A DNA stretch of 64,000 nt from Nitrospirota bacterium. Its GTDB lineage: Bacteria > Nitrospirota > UBA9217. Under the pieces are notes generated by a model. It did no database searches, was not told the origin of the DNA, and saw nothing but the letters and a program-made list of their open reading frames with translations. Every line of letters begins with the position of its first letter. Position 1 is the first letter of the stretch. Made by a program: the position numbers and the translations under genes. Below, piece by piece: positions 35,051 to 45,357 of this stretch. Location: assembly GCA_963790205.1 (NCBI GenBank), contig CAWBNQ010000001.1, forward strand, positions 96,001 through 160,000. Direction: 5' to 3'.

Positions 35051-35110
35051 AAACCAGGAAATAATACCACTTTATCGTCAAATTACAAGCGGGGAATCAG
35101 CACCAGCGAT

Positions 35111-35144
35111 AAAAAAAGGCTGCCCCAGGATCTGGGGCAGCCTT
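35111..35144 (-). terminator. Intrinsic terminator after hppA
   Basis: AAGGCTGCCCCAG/CTGGGGCAGCCTT stem plus T-tract. Confidence 0.85.
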
Positions 35145-35161
35145 GTGATTGCGGATGCTGC

Positions 35162-37240
35162 TTACTTGATCAACGGAACGATCAGGAGCGCAACGATGTT
35201 GATGACCTTGATCATCGGGTTGATGGCCGGTCCTGCGGTGTCCTTGTAGGGATCGCCGACCGTGTCGCCCGTTACCGAGGCCTTGTGGCCTTCGCTGCCC
35301 TTCTTGTGCACGACGCCCTTGCTGTCCGTGACGCCGTCTTCAAAGGACTTCTTGGCATTGTCCCATGCGCCGCCGCCGGAGGTCATGGCTATGGCCTGGA
35401 ACAGACCGGTCACGATCGCGCCGATGAGCACGCCGCCCAGGGCTTCTTTGCCCAGGAGGAGACCAACCAGCACCGGAACGACGACCGGGAGGAGCGCCGG
35501 GATCATCATTTCGCTGATGGCGCCCTTGGTCACGATGTCAACACACGCTGCGTAATCAGGCTTGCCGGTACCTTCCATGATGCCCTTGATTTCCGCAAAC
35601 TGTCTGCGAACTTCAACCACCACACCGCCTGCAGCCTTAGCAACGGACTCCATCAGGAGCGCACCAAAGTAGTAGGGAAGCATGCCGCCGATGAACAGGC
35701 CGCACAGAACCAAGGGGTTCGAAAGTTCGAATGTCACAACCCCACCGGTGAAGGAGCGTGAATATTCCGAGAACAGCACCAAAGCTGCCAGCGCTGCAGA
35801 ACCGATGGCATAGCCCTTGGTCACTGCCTTGGTCGTGTTGCCGACCGCATCGAGGGGGTCCGTGATGTCGCGGATCTCTTTCGGGAGACCGGCCATTTCA
35901 GCCACGCCGCCCGCATTGTCCGTGATCGGGCCGTAGGAGTCGATGGCCACAACGATACCGGTCATGGAGAGCATGGACACGGCTGCCAGCGCGATTGCGA
36001 AGATGCCGCCGGATGCCGCATTCGCTGCGCCGGAGAATCCGCCGCCAAGCCAGTAAGCGCCGAGGATCGATGCAACGATCACTAGCACGGGCGGTGCGGT
36101 GGCCTTCATGCTGACTGCGAGGCCGGCGATCACGTTCGTGCCGTGGCCGGTGAGGCTCGCCTGTGCAATGTGCTGCACCGGGGAATACTCTTTCGCGGTG
36201 AAATACTCCGTGATCCAGACGATCAAGCCGGTAAGAGCAAGACCGATGAGGGAGATGAAGAACACGGTGTTGGCCGTGAACACGCCGGCATTTGCGCCGA
36301 GGCCTTCGATGAAGCTCTTGGACACGAAGTAGAACGCGATTGCTGCGATAATGCCTGCAACGGCCAATCCCTTGTACAGGGCGCCCATGATGTAGTTATT
36401 CTTGCCAAGTCTCACAAAGTAGGTGCCCACGATGGAAGCAATGATCGAAACGCCGCCCAGCATGAGCGGGAACTCGATCCAGGGGCTGTCCGCGCCGAAC
36501 AGGGTCTTGGCGAGGAGCATGGCGGCCACAAGGGTCACCGTGTAGGTCTCATAGAGGTCGGCGGCCATACCGGCACAGTCGCCCACGTTGTCGCCCACGT
36601 TGTCGGCTATCACGGCGGGATTCCGGGGATCGTCCTCGGGGATGTTCTTCTCAACTTTGCCCACGAGGTCGGCTCCCACGTCAGCGGCCTTGGTGTAAAT
36701 GCCGCCCGCGATGCGGGCGAACACGCTCATGAGCGAGCAGCCGAAGCCGAGACCGATAAGAGCATGGGAAGCGCTCTCCGGAGCCATGGATTTAGCGACA
36801 AAATAAAAACCTGCAAGGCCGATGATGCCGAGGCCCACGACCATGATGCCGGTCACGGAGCCGCCCTTGAACGCAAGGCTGAGCGCGGCCTGGAGGCCTT
36901 TGCTCGCTGCCGCGGCAGTACGCACGTTTGCACGGAGCGACACCCACATGCCGATGAAACCGGCGAGTGCGGAACCGACCGTCCCGACGATGAATCCGGC
37001 GGCTGCCCACATACCGAGGGCGGGAACGAAGGCCAGGATAAGGATCAAAATCACTGCGACGATTGCAACTGTCTTGTACTCGCGCGCTATGAATGCATTA
37101 GCGCCTTCCTTTACTGCGTTGGAAATATCGATCATTTTCTGATTGCCTGAATCCTGCTTGTTCACCCAGATCGCGGTCACGATGCCGTAGATAACGCCGG
37201 CAACGCCGCAGACCAGGGCAAAAAGAATCGTGTTACTCAT
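35162..37240 (-). CDS. hppA: Membrane-bound pyrophosphatase, K+-independent H+-pumping type
   Basis: [26 protein letters not shown] (Lys marks the K+-independent type), [10 protein letters not shown]. Confidence 0.95.
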   Translation of the reverse strand: MSNTILFALVCGVAGVIYGIVTAIWVNKQDSGNQKMIDISNAVKEGANAFIAREYKTVAIVAVILILILAFVPALGMWAAAGFIVGTVGSALAGFIGMWVSLRANVRTAAAASKGLQAALSLAFKGGSVTGIMVVGLGIIGLAGFYFVAKSMAPESASHALIGLGFGCSLMSVFARIAGGIYTKAADVGADLVGKVEKNIPEDDPRNPAVIADNVGDNVGDCAGMAADLYETYTVTLVAAMLLAKTLFGADSPWIEFPLMLGGVSIIASIVGTYFVRLGKNNYIMGALYKGLAVAGIIAAIAFYFVSKSFIEGLGANAGVFTANTVFFISLIGLALTGLIVWITEYFTAKEYSPVQHIAQASLTGHGTNVIAGLAVSMKATAPPVLVIVASILGAYWLGGGFSGAANAASGGIFAIALAAVSMLSMTGIVVAIDSYGPITDNAGGVAEMAGLPKEIRDITDPLDAVGNTTKAVTKGYAIGSAALAALVLFSEYSRSFTGGVVTFELSNPLVLCGLFIGGMLPYYFGALLMESVAKAAGGVVVEVRRQFAEIKGIMEGTGKPDYAACVDIVTKGAISEMMIPALLPVVVPVLVGLLLGKEALGGVLIGAIVTGLFQAIAMTSGGGAWDNAKKSFEDGVTDSKGVVHKKGSEGHKASVTGDTVGDPYKDTAGPAINPMIKVINIVALLIVPLIK

Positions 37241-37393
37241 TAGTTCTCCTCCTTTAGAATTGATTTATAGTGCAATTAATCTCGTTTAATAATTAATGCT
37301 GCGCCAATGTTCTTTGATTACAATGAATCCTGCTAATACGGTAACGCTTTTCCCTTTCCGCATCCCCCCCTCGTGAGTTTTTACGATCAGCGT

Positions 37394-37828
37394 TTAAACC
37401 TCGAACTTGCCGCCGATCATGTCCTTCAGATAGTGGTTTTCCGCCTTCAGGTTCTTGACCAGCACCCTCACCACGTCGCGCATGGACAAAAGGCCGACCA
37501 GCCCGCTCTCCTCGACTACCGGGGTATGACGGATATTGTTCTGGATCATGATGGCCATCACGTAGTCGAGGTCGTCCCCCGGCTTTACCACGAGCAGGTT
37601 GGTGCTCATGACGTCCTTGATGTTCACATCCTTGCACTCACGCTCACCCGCGGAATTCTTGACGATGTCGCGCTCGGTGACAATGCCCGCGAGCGAGCCC
37701 CGATCCATGACCAGCAACGCCCCGATGTTGCACTCGGACATCTGCCTGGCCGCGTCGAACAGCGTCTGATCGCCGGTGATGCTGAAACACTCAAGCCCTT
37801 TTATGCTTAACAGTTCTTTGACTTTCAT
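37394..37828 (-). CDS. Stand-alone CBS-domain pair protein
   Basis: IGALLV...GIVTERD, IRHTPVV...GLLSMRD. Confidence 0.9.
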   Translation of the reverse strand: MKVKELLSIKGLECFSITGDQTLFDAARQMSECNIGALLVMDRGSLAGIVTERDIVKNSAGERECKDVNIKDVMSTNLLVVKPGDDLDYVMAIMIQNNIRHTPVVEESGLVGLLSMRDVVRVLVKNLKAENHYLKDMIGGKFEV

Positions 37829-37854
37829 GGCTTACTCCCAATAGGTGAAACGGG

Positions 37855-39021
37855 TTACTGCTTGTCGCGTCCGCTGTTTTTTGCGAACACCATGGCCGTT
37901 GTACGGTAGAACAGATGCGCGAACTTCGAGTACGGAGCGTACGCGAACAACGACCAGATGAACACCAAGTGGAAATAGTACACCACATAGCCTGCGCTCA
38001 TATCGGCGAGCCGAAGCGCCCAGGACAACATACCGGTCGCTCCGACGCCGAACACGATTAAGAGGAAAATCCAGTCGAAATAGGAGCCCATGCCCGCCTT
38101 GCCTGCTTTCGCCAAACGGTTCAGGAGGATGATCACGAAGCCTGCCGCAAAGGCAACTGAACTGATCAGGGCCAGGATCTTCACGGGGTCGCTGTTCGGG
38201 TAGGGCGACTCGCCGAAGTGGAAGGGCCCGAAAGCCTGGATGCCCAGCAGTTCAAAGCCGTAGAGATAAACGATCGCCCAGGTCGTTACGACCGCCAGCC
38301 CGGCGAAGGAATAGAACAGCAGCATATGGCCCCATTGTCTCAGCCGGTTCACATTGCAATCCGCGAACTTCGAGTGGGCCAGAATCGTGGTAACGGAGGA
38401 AACAACGTCTCCGACGAGGCTACCGCTGGACTTCATCTCTCCGGCCTGGGCCTTCATGCCGCTCCAGAGCCGCTTGATCCCGACGAAAGCGGATGCCGCA
38501 GCAAAGATCGCCGTCAGGATGAACACGGTATCGATTACGGGAACGGGGACGAACTTGTGGTAGGCCATGATGTTGCCCTCGGCCCTCGGGGCGGTAAAGC
38601 CCGCGTTGCCGAGCACCAGCAGGATTACATAAAAGAGCGCCATGGGGATGGCGAACAGGACCGGCAGGAGCTTCCAGTCCGTCGCGATCTTCGCGAACAA
38701 AGGCACCATCGCGACGTGCTTGATGCTCTGCTTTCGGATGGCGTTCAGGACCTCGCCGGGTTTTGCGCCGCGCGGGCAGTAGGCCGTGCAATCGCTGCAC
38801 TGGTGGCAAAGCCAGACGTCCGGGCTCGTGATGAGCTTGTCTTTCTGTCCCCACTGGGCGAGGACCATTTCCTTGCGTGGAAAAGGATTCCCCTCGGGCG
38901 TAACGTTGCAGACCACCGAGCAGGTGGCGCATTGGTAGCACTTCTTCAGGGACTCTCCGCCTCCCTTGATGATCTCGTTCACAAATTGTAAGTCGGGTTT
39001 GATAACCGTTGCGTCTGACAT
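37855..39021 (-). CDS. qmoC: Qmo complex membrane subunit C
   Basis: CYQCATCSVVC, CHQCSDCTAYCPRG, TM helices with heme-b His, PYSKFAH. Confidence 0.95.
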   Translation of the reverse strand: MSDATVIKPDLQFVNEIIKGGGESLKKCYQCATCSVVCNVTPEGNPFPRKEMVLAQWGQKDKLITSPDVWLCHQCSDCTAYCPRGAKPGEVLNAIRKQSIKHVAMVPLFAKIATDWKLLPVLFAIPMALFYVILLVLGNAGFTAPRAEGNIMAYHKFVPVPVIDTVFILTAIFAAASAFVGIKRLWSGMKAQAGEMKSSGSLVGDVVSSVTTILAHSKFADCNVNRLRQWGHMLLFYSFAGLAVVTTWAIVYLYGFELLGIQAFGPFHFGESPYPNSDPVKILALISSVAFAAGFVIILLNRLAKAGKAGMGSYFDWIFLLIVFGVGATGMLSWALRLADMSAGYVVYYFHLVFIWSLFAYAPYSKFAHLFYRTTAMVFAKNSGRDKQ

Positions 39022-39077
39022 AAATTCTATCCTCCAATTACTCTGTTAGGAGTGATGTTTGTATTTCATTCCGCAGG

Positions 39078-39130
39078 CCGCCCGCGCCCAGCGTTTACGA
39101 GTGTCCGGCGCGAGTGCAGGGTGAAATCCG
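39078..39130. repeat. 53-bp dispersed repeat, copy 2
   Basis: 48/53 identical to 34494-34546. Confidence 0.85.
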
Positions 39131-39138
39131 TATTCGGC

Positions 39139-41373
39139 TTACATACTCTTGAACGGGTTCGGCCCGATCGCCTTCACCTTCTCGGCAAACTCGTTGATCA
39201 TGTCCGGGAGCTTGTCGTATTCGTTGATAGCGATCTGCATCAGCTGGACCCGTTCGGATTCGAGCTGGAGCCTGTTCAAGGTCTCACTGACCTTGCTGAA
39301 GCGCGTATTTGCGAGTTCGCTGCCTTTGACGAAGTGGCACTGATAATTCTCGCCGTATTTGCAGCCCAGGAGCAGCATGCCGTCGATGCCCTTCGAGAGG
39401 GCGTCGGCGACCCAGACAAGGTTCATGCCGCCCAGGCAGCGCATGGAAACGAACCGCACGGAAGGATCGATCTTCTTCCCGGCAATGGCTGCCGTGTCAA
39501 GCGCCGGATAGGAGTCATTCTCGCATACAAGGCAGGCGATACGGAACGTGTCCTCGTCATCCGGCACGTCAATGGACTTGAGCATGGAGCCGACAATGTC
39601 CACGCTGTAATCCTTGAACGATACGATGCGTTCGGGGCAGGCGCCCATGCAGGTGCCGCACCGCCGGCAGCGGTTGAGATTGTATTTCGGAATGCCCTTC
39701 TCGTCTTCATCAATGGCGCCGAAGGGACACTCTTCCGTGCACCGCTTGCAAGCCGTACACTTGATGAGCATAGGATCGGGATACGTAACATCCCAGGCGC
39801 GCGGATGAACCGCGACGCCGCGTGCCACATGGTCCATGGCCTGGATTGCCTTGAACGCGGCTCCTGCCCCGTCCTCCATGGCTTCGGCCATGTTCATGGG
39901 CTGGTGCACGCCTCCGGCTGCGTAGATGCCGGTCCTCCTGGTCTCGTACTGGAAGCAGATGAAGTTCGAGTCGGCAAACCCTGATGCGCCTTCGAGGGTC
40001 GGAATTTCCGGCCCCTGGCGATATCCAAGGTTCAGGATATAATCCGGCTTCGGGGTCTGTTCGAGGTAGTTCTTCTTGGCTTCGTCTCCGCCGCCGGCAG
40101 CCTTGGTAAGTCCGTCGGCGTATTCCTGGGGCCCCCGCGTGGTCGGGACCATGCCGGTAGCGAGAACCACCAGATCGGCCTCAACTTTTACCTTCTCGCC
40201 TGTCTTGGCGCCGAAGAGCGTGTTTTCCATTTCGACAAACATGTTGCCGTTCCCGGCGTCGGATACGCCGGTGACGTCGGCTTTGCTGAGCATGACACCC
40301 GGATTGTTCTGGGCTTCTTTATAGTAGAGCTCCGTCCGGCCCGGCGTCCTGATGTCCTTGTAAAATATCATGGCGAGGGCATCCTCGTTCTGCCGGACAT
40401 ACTGAGCCTGCTTCAGCGACGTGGCGCAGCACATGGAAGAGCAATAGGGAAGATGGTTCGGATCCCGCTGGCCCGCGCACTGCACGAAGGCGACCTTCAG
40501 GGCCGGTTTGCCGTCGGAAGGTCGGAGAAGCTTTCCGTTGTTCTTCTTCGCGATCTCTTCGAGTTCGAGGTTCGTGACCACGTTCTTGAATTTTCCGTAG
40601 CCGAGGTAGTCGAGTTTATTCGCATCATACGGCTTCCAGCCCGTGGCCATGACAATGGCCCCGATCTTCATGGTCTCGCCGTTTGAAAGCATAACATCAT
40701 ACAGGCCTGGCTGGCCGTCGGTCTTGGATACGGTCGTTGACTTGTAGACCTTGATGTTGGGGTTGCTTTCTACCTCGCCTACGGTCTTGGCAATGTCGGT
40801 ATCAACGATAAGCGGCTTGTTGATATAGGATCCCGTTGGGATCTTCTTGTAGAGCTTGTTTACAAATCCGCCGAGTTGGGCATCCTTCTCCACGAGCACG
40901 ACCTTGTGGCCCGCGCCTGCAGCGGAGAGGGCAGAGGTCATGCCGGCGATCCCGCCGCCGATCACAAGGATCGTGTTGTTCAGGTCCGGCAGAATGTTCG
41001 GCTCGGGCAGGTCGCCCTTCTGGGTCTTGACAATGCCCATGGTGAGGTAATCGTAGGCTGCATCGTTTGTCGCATCCGTGTTCGGCTCCATGGTCCAGGC
41101 CACGAACTCGCGGATATTGACGCGCTCCACAATAGCTCCGGGAAAATCGAATTCTTCGTATTTGACGCGGGGAGAGCAGGCGGCGATGATGATCGTGTTC
41201 ACGCCTTCCTTCGCCATGTCGTCTTTTATCAGCTGAACGCCCTCGGGGCTGCACAGGACGTCATGGAACTTGTAGTTCTGTAACTTTTTGGCCGCACCGG
41301 CGACCTTCTCGACGTCCATCGCCTCTTTGATGCCGCATCCCTTACAGATATATACGCCGAATTTCTTCTCCAT
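39139..41373 (-). CDS. qmoB: Qmo complex subunit B (HdrA-like plus MvhD domain)
   Basis: GGGIAG, CAGQRD..HLPYCS, two 4Fe-4S motifs, MvhD-like C-terminus. Confidence 0.95.
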   Translation of the reverse strand: MEKKFGVYICKGCGIKEAMDVEKVAGAAKKLQNYKFHDVLCSPEGVQLIKDDMAKEGVNTIIIAACSPRVKYEEFDFPGAIVERVNIREFVAWTMEPNTDATNDAAYDYLTMGIVKTQKGDLPEPNILPDLNNTILVIGGGIAGMTSALSAAGAGHKVVLVEKDAQLGGFVNKLYKKIPTGSYINKPLIVDTDIAKTVGEVESNPNIKVYKSTTVSKTDGQPGLYDVMLSNGETMKIGAIVMATGWKPYDANKLDYLGYGKFKNVVTNLELEEIAKKNNGKLLRPSDGKPALKVAFVQCAGQRDPNHLPYCSSMCCATSLKQAQYVRQNEDALAMIFYKDIRTPGRTELYYKEAQNNPGVMLSKADVTGVSDAGNGNMFVEMENTLFGAKTGEKVKVEADLVVLATGMVPTTRGPQEYADGLTKAAGGGDEAKKNYLEQTPKPDYILNLGYRQGPEIPTLEGASGFADSNFICFQYETRRTGIYAAGGVHQPMNMAEAMEDGAGAAFKAIQAMDHVARGVAVHPRAWDVTYPDPMLIKCTACKRCTEECPFGAIDEDEKGIPKYNLNRCRRCGTCMGACPERIVSFKDYSVDIVGSMLKSIDVPDDEDTFRIACLVCENDSYPALDTAAIAGKKIDPSVRFVSMRCLGGMNLVWVADALSKGIDGMLLLGCKYGENYQCHFVKGSELANTRFSKVSETLNRLQLESERVQLMQIAINEYDKLPDMINEFAEKVKAIGPNPFKSM

Positions 41374-41375
41374 CC

Positions 41376-42626
41376 TTATTTCCTCCTCAAGCTCTGGATG
41401 CTTTTCATGACCACACCCGTGGCATCCTGGGCAGACCGCGCCACGTCAACGGGGGTCTTGAGCGTCCCGGTCGCGTAAATGCCCTTCGGGAGCGTTGCCT
41501 GGTCCACGAACCCGTCGTCGGTCGGTACAATTCCCGCACCCTTGAGGGACTCTGTCGAAGGCTGCATACCCGTGGCGAGCACGACCATATCAAAGGTCTC
41601 GGTGATCTTGTTGCCGCCGTGAATGTCCTCGGCAGTCACCTTCACATCGCCGTTCGCTGCCTGCTCGACCTTGGCGACCTTGCCCTTGAGGAAGGACACG
41701 TTCTGGTCTTCCTTGATCTTGGTGTAGAACCGGTTCTCATAGAGACCCGGGGTCCGCATGTCGATATAAAAGATCTTCGCCTTTGAATCGGGATAGAGCT
41801 CGCGAACATAGGTCGCCTGCTTGATCGATGCCAGGCAGCAGATGTAGGAGCAATGGGCCAGATGGTTCTCGTCGCGTGAGCCCGCGCACTGGACAAAACC
41901 GATGTTCTTCACTTCTTTGCCGTCGGAGGGACGCACGATCTTGCCGGCCGTGGGGCCGTTGGGCGCTGCCAACCGCTCCATCATCATGTTCGTAACGACG
42001 TTCTGGACCTTGCCGAAGCCGAGATTGTCCATCTTCGTGGCGTCATAGGGGTTCCAGCCCGTGGCCATCACCACCGCGCCGACCTTCACGTTCACGGTCT
42101 CGGCTTTCATGTCAAGGTGGATGGCGTCGTATTTACATGCCGCAACGCATTTGGCGCAGGACGCTCCCTTGCATGCCTTGCCGTCGATAACGTACTTGAG
42201 CGGGAAAGCCTGGACATGCGGGAGATATGCAGCTTTTGTCTTGCTCATCCCGAAATCGAAATCGTTCGGCCGCTCGACATCGCACGCTTCAGCGCACTTA
42301 TTGCACCCCGTACACTTGTCGTTCACGAACCGGGGCTGCACCTTAATCGTCACATCAAAGTTGCCTTCCGAGCCCGAGATCTTCTCCACTTCGGCCATGG
42401 TGTAGATCGTCACGTTACCGTTGTTCTTGATCCTCTTGTACTGGATTTCGAGACCGCAGTTCGGCGGGCAGAGCTTCCAGAAATACTTATTGAGCTGCGT
42501 CACGCGGCCGCCGAGATAGGGGTTCTTCTCCACAATGATGACCTCGGTACCAGCCTCCGCGGCTTCTACCGCTGTCGTGAGGCCGCTGAAGCCCCCGCCG
42601 ACAACCAACATCTTATTTTCCGCCAT
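41376..42626 (-). CDS. qmoA: Qmo complex subunit A (HdrA-like)
   Basis: KLCPPNCGLE, CAGSRDENH..CSYICC; directly after aprA. Confidence 0.95.
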   Translation of the reverse strand: MAENKMLVVGGGFSGLTTAVEAAEAGTEVIIVEKNPYLGGRVTQLNKYFWKLCPPNCGLEIQYKRIKNNGNVTIYTMAEVEKISGSEGNFDVTIKVQPRFVNDKCTGCNKCAEACDVERPNDFDFGMSKTKAAYLPHVQAFPLKYVIDGKACKGASCAKCVAACKYDAIHLDMKAETVNVKVGAVVMATGWNPYDATKMDNLGFGKVQNVVTNMMMERLAAPNGPTAGKIVRPSDGKEVKNIGFVQCAGSRDENHLAHCSYICCLASIKQATYVRELYPDSKAKIFYIDMRTPGLYENRFYTKIKEDQNVSFLKGKVAKVEQAANGDVKVTAEDIHGGNKITETFDMVVLATGMQPSTESLKGAGIVPTDDGFVDQATLPKGIYATGTLKTPVDVARSAQDATGVVMKSIQSLRRK

Positions 42627-42665
42627 GGTATCCTATTCCTCCTTAAAGGCAGTGCGCGCTCCATG

Positions 42666-42772
42666 ATTGCAAATTGCAGATTGGAAATTAGAAATTGGAA
42701 ATTTTAACGCTAATGAAACAGGCTGGTCTTTCATTAAAACAATTTAAAATTTACAATCTTCAATTTCCAATA
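42666..42772. repeat. AT-rich heptamer inverted-repeat element
   Basis: ATTGCAA ATTGCAG ATTGGAA ATTAGAA ATTGGAA ... TTACAAT CTTCAAT TTCCAAT. Confidence 0.6.
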
Positions 42773-42776
42773 AAAT

Positions 42777-42804
42777 CTCCGGGGAGGGCTGACCCTCCCC
42801 GGAG
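42777..42804 (-). terminator. GC-rich hairpin after aprA (partial terminator or mRNA stabiliser)
   Basis: CTCCGGGGAGGG-N4-CCCTCCCCGGAG followed by ATTTTATT on the minus strand. Confidence 0.6.
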
Positions 42805-42816
42805 TTGTGCATGTTC

Positions 42817-44856
42817 TTAATGTTTTACAGGAGCTGCGTCCTCAACGAGCTGCACGTAGGGAACCTTTTTGACTTCCCACTTGTCGGTCTTGAGGTCATA
42901 CTTCGAGTTCACGAAGCACTTCCAGTTGTTGTCGTCCACGAGGTCGAAGTCGCCGCGATAGTAGTAGCCGGGGTACCGCGACTCTTCTCTGAACAGGATG
43001 TGGCGTGCATGGGCTTCGACGGAGAGGATACGATGATAGTTCTCCCAGCAGCGCATCAGTTCATGCAGGTTGGAGGCCGCCATCTTGGAGGTATCTTCCT
43101 TGAGCAGCTGGAGCTTTTTGAGGCCTTCGTCCAGCATGGTCTTGGAGGTCATATACCAGGTCGAGATGCCGCCAAAGTACTCGTCAGAAATCTTCTGCAG
43201 ACGGGTCTGGAGCATCTTCGGCTTGATGTAGTTCGGGTTGATCTCCGGGGCCGTGGTGTGGTTCTTGTACTTCTCATACACCTCGAACGGCAGGTAGAGC
43301 TCGGCTGCGAGATGATCCGCCGTTTCGGTGATGGTCGGGGTGTAGCTGGGGTTGTCGAGCAGGAACGAGATCGCGTTCTTTGCAGCAATACGGCCCTCTG
43401 CATGCGAACCGGACGAGAACTTGTGTCCCGAAGCGCCGCAGATGTCGCCGCACATGAAGAGGCCCTTCACGGTCGACTGGCGGTTGTAGTTGCCTGCAAT
43501 CCACTTCTTGTTCCACTCTTCGGGGGCGCCCACATCATCGGGACCGCAGCACCAGAAGCCCGCGCAGCCTGCGTGTGAACCAAGGAGATAAGGCTCGGTC
43601 GGCATGATTTCGGACGGAACTTTGTCCGGCTCGACATTCTGCGCGGCCCAGAGGCCGGCCTGACCGATGGCCATATCGAGGAAGTCTTCCCATGCCTCTG
43701 CCTCGAGGTGTTTCACCTTCTTGGCGCCCTCTTTGTCACCGAGCTTTTCCTTGAAGGTCTTGTTGATTGCAGCCATTGCCTCATCGGTTCTCATGAGGAT
43801 CGGGCCTTTGCCGAGCTTCATGTCACGCATCATGAGGTGGTTGCGGATGGCGGTGCCGAGGTTGTCGACATACTTGCCGTACTTCTTCTTCGCCTCTGCC
43901 AGTGCTTCCGGATTGGCGCAATAATCTTCGCCGAGGCTGTTGGTCGCCTTTGCCTTGAAGAACAGGAACCAGGCGCCGACCGGACCGTAACCGTCCTTGA
44001 AGCGGGCGGGCACGAAGCGGTTCTCCATCATGGTCAGCTCTGCTCCGGCCTGAAGGCCGAGCGCGTAGCCGGACCCGGAGTTCCATACCGGGTACCATGC
44101 GCGGCCCTGACCTTCCTGGGTGGACCGGGGACGGAACACGTTCACCGCGCCGCCGGCTGCCAGGACCATGGCTTTGGCCTTAAACACATAGATCTTGTTC
44201 TCGCGAACGCTGAAGCCCGCTGCTGCTGCAACGCGGTTCGGCTCCTTCGCATCGTTGTAGAGCTTCACGATGAAAACGCGCTCGTAATGGTTCTGCTTTA
44301 CACCGGTAGCCGCCCTGTTGGACTCGAGGGCTTTCTTTGCGGCTTCCGCGACAATGACCTTGTAGGACTCGCCGTTGATCATGATCTGCCACTTACCGGA
44401 ACGGACCGGCTTGCCGCCGTCCTTCAGGGAAACCTTGCCGGCTTCCTTTGCCTGGAAACCGTCGAGCGAGAAACCGTCGTCGCCCATTTTCCAGATCGGC
44501 AGGCCCCACTCCTCGAAGAGCTGCACGGAATCATCAACGTGACGGCCGAGGTCGTAGATCAGATCCTCGCGGACGATGCCCATGAGGTCGTTCCGCACCA
44601 TCTTTACATAGTCCGCCGGATCGTTCTCACCCATGTAGGTGTTGATCGCCGACAGACCCATGGCAACGGCGCCCGACCGGTCGGTCGCGGCCTTGTCTAC
44701 CATGGTGATCTTGATCTTCTTGGGGTTTGCCCAGCGGGCGCCTTCGAACGCCGCGCCGCAGCAGGCCATGCCGCCGCCGATGAGGAGGAGATCGGTCTCA
44801 ATCTCTTCGATTGCGGGCTTTGCGCAAAACGAAAAATTACAGGTTTCTTTTTCCAT
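42817..44856 (-). CDS. aprA: Adenylylsulfate reductase alpha subunit
   Basis: GGGMACCG, RSGAVAMGLSAINTY, WQIMINGESYK, GHKFSSGSHAEGR. Confidence 0.98.
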   Translation of the reverse strand: MEKETCNFSFCAKPAIEEIETDLLLIGGGMACCGAAFEGARWANPKKIKITMVDKAATDRSGAVAMGLSAINTYMGENDPADYVKMVRNDLMGIVREDLIYDLGRHVDDSVQLFEEWGLPIWKMGDDGFSLDGFQAKEAGKVSLKDGGKPVRSGKWQIMINGESYKVIVAEAAKKALESNRAATGVKQNHYERVFIVKLYNDAKEPNRVAAAAGFSVRENKIYVFKAKAMVLAAGGAVNVFRPRSTQEGQGRAWYPVWNSGSGYALGLQAGAELTMMENRFVPARFKDGYGPVGAWFLFFKAKATNSLGEDYCANPEALAEAKKKYGKYVDNLGTAIRNHLMMRDMKLGKGPILMRTDEAMAAINKTFKEKLGDKEGAKKVKHLEAEAWEDFLDMAIGQAGLWAAQNVEPDKVPSEIMPTEPYLLGSHAGCAGFWCCGPDDVGAPEEWNKKWIAGNYNRQSTVKGLFMCGDICGASGHKFSSGSHAEGRIAAKNAISFLLDNPSYTPTITETADHLAAELYLPFEVYEKYKNHTTAPEINPNYIKPKMLQTRLQKISDEYFGGISTWYMTSKTMLDEGLKKLQLLKEDTSKMAASNLHELMRCWENYHRILSVEAHARHILFREESRYPGYYYRGDFDLVDDNNWKCFVNSKYDLKTDKWEVKKVPYVQLVEDAAPVKH

Positions 44857-44870
44857 TTGTCTGTTCCTCC

Positions 44871-45302
44871 TTATTTCTTGATTACCGGCATCGGCTTCGA
44901 CGTAGTGAAGTAACCCGGCTGTTTGATTTTTGCCATATCTGCTTCAGGCTTGCCCTTGTAGGGATCGACCGAACCTTCGGCAGTTGTCCTGATCGGGAAC
45001 TTGAAACGCTTCAGGATCCCGTTCCGGAACTTGATGGTCCACATGATGGAGTCCGTACCCCTCATCGGAATAACGTTCGCACCCAGGGGGGCGAAATCCT
45101 GGTAGGCCCGGATCTCGATCGCCTGCTGCGGGCAGATCTTGACGCAGTTGTAGCACTCCCAGCACTGGTCGGGCTCCTGGTTGTACGCCTTCATGAGGTC
45201 CCTGTTAAGGGTCATGAGGTCGTTCGGGCAGATATACTGGCAAGCAGTCTTATCCTGCGCCTTGCAGCCGTCACACTTCTCTGTAATAACATAACTCGGC
45301 AT
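44871..45302 (-). CDS. aprB: Adenylylsulfate reductase beta subunit
   Basis: KCDGCK...ACQYICPND, CWECYNCVKICP, FKFPIRTT. Confidence 0.98.
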   Translation of the reverse strand: MPSYVITEKCDGCKAQDKTACQYICPNDLMTLNRDLMKAYNQEPDQCWECYNCVKICPQQAIEIRAYQDFAPLGANVIPMRGTDSIMWTIKFRNGILKRFKFPIRTTAEGSVDPYKGKPEADMAKIKQPGYFTTSKPMPVIKK

Positions 45303-45357
45303 GTTGCATGTCCTCCTATCTTAAGATTGAAATAAACTGCCTATGCAGTCGTTTTGC

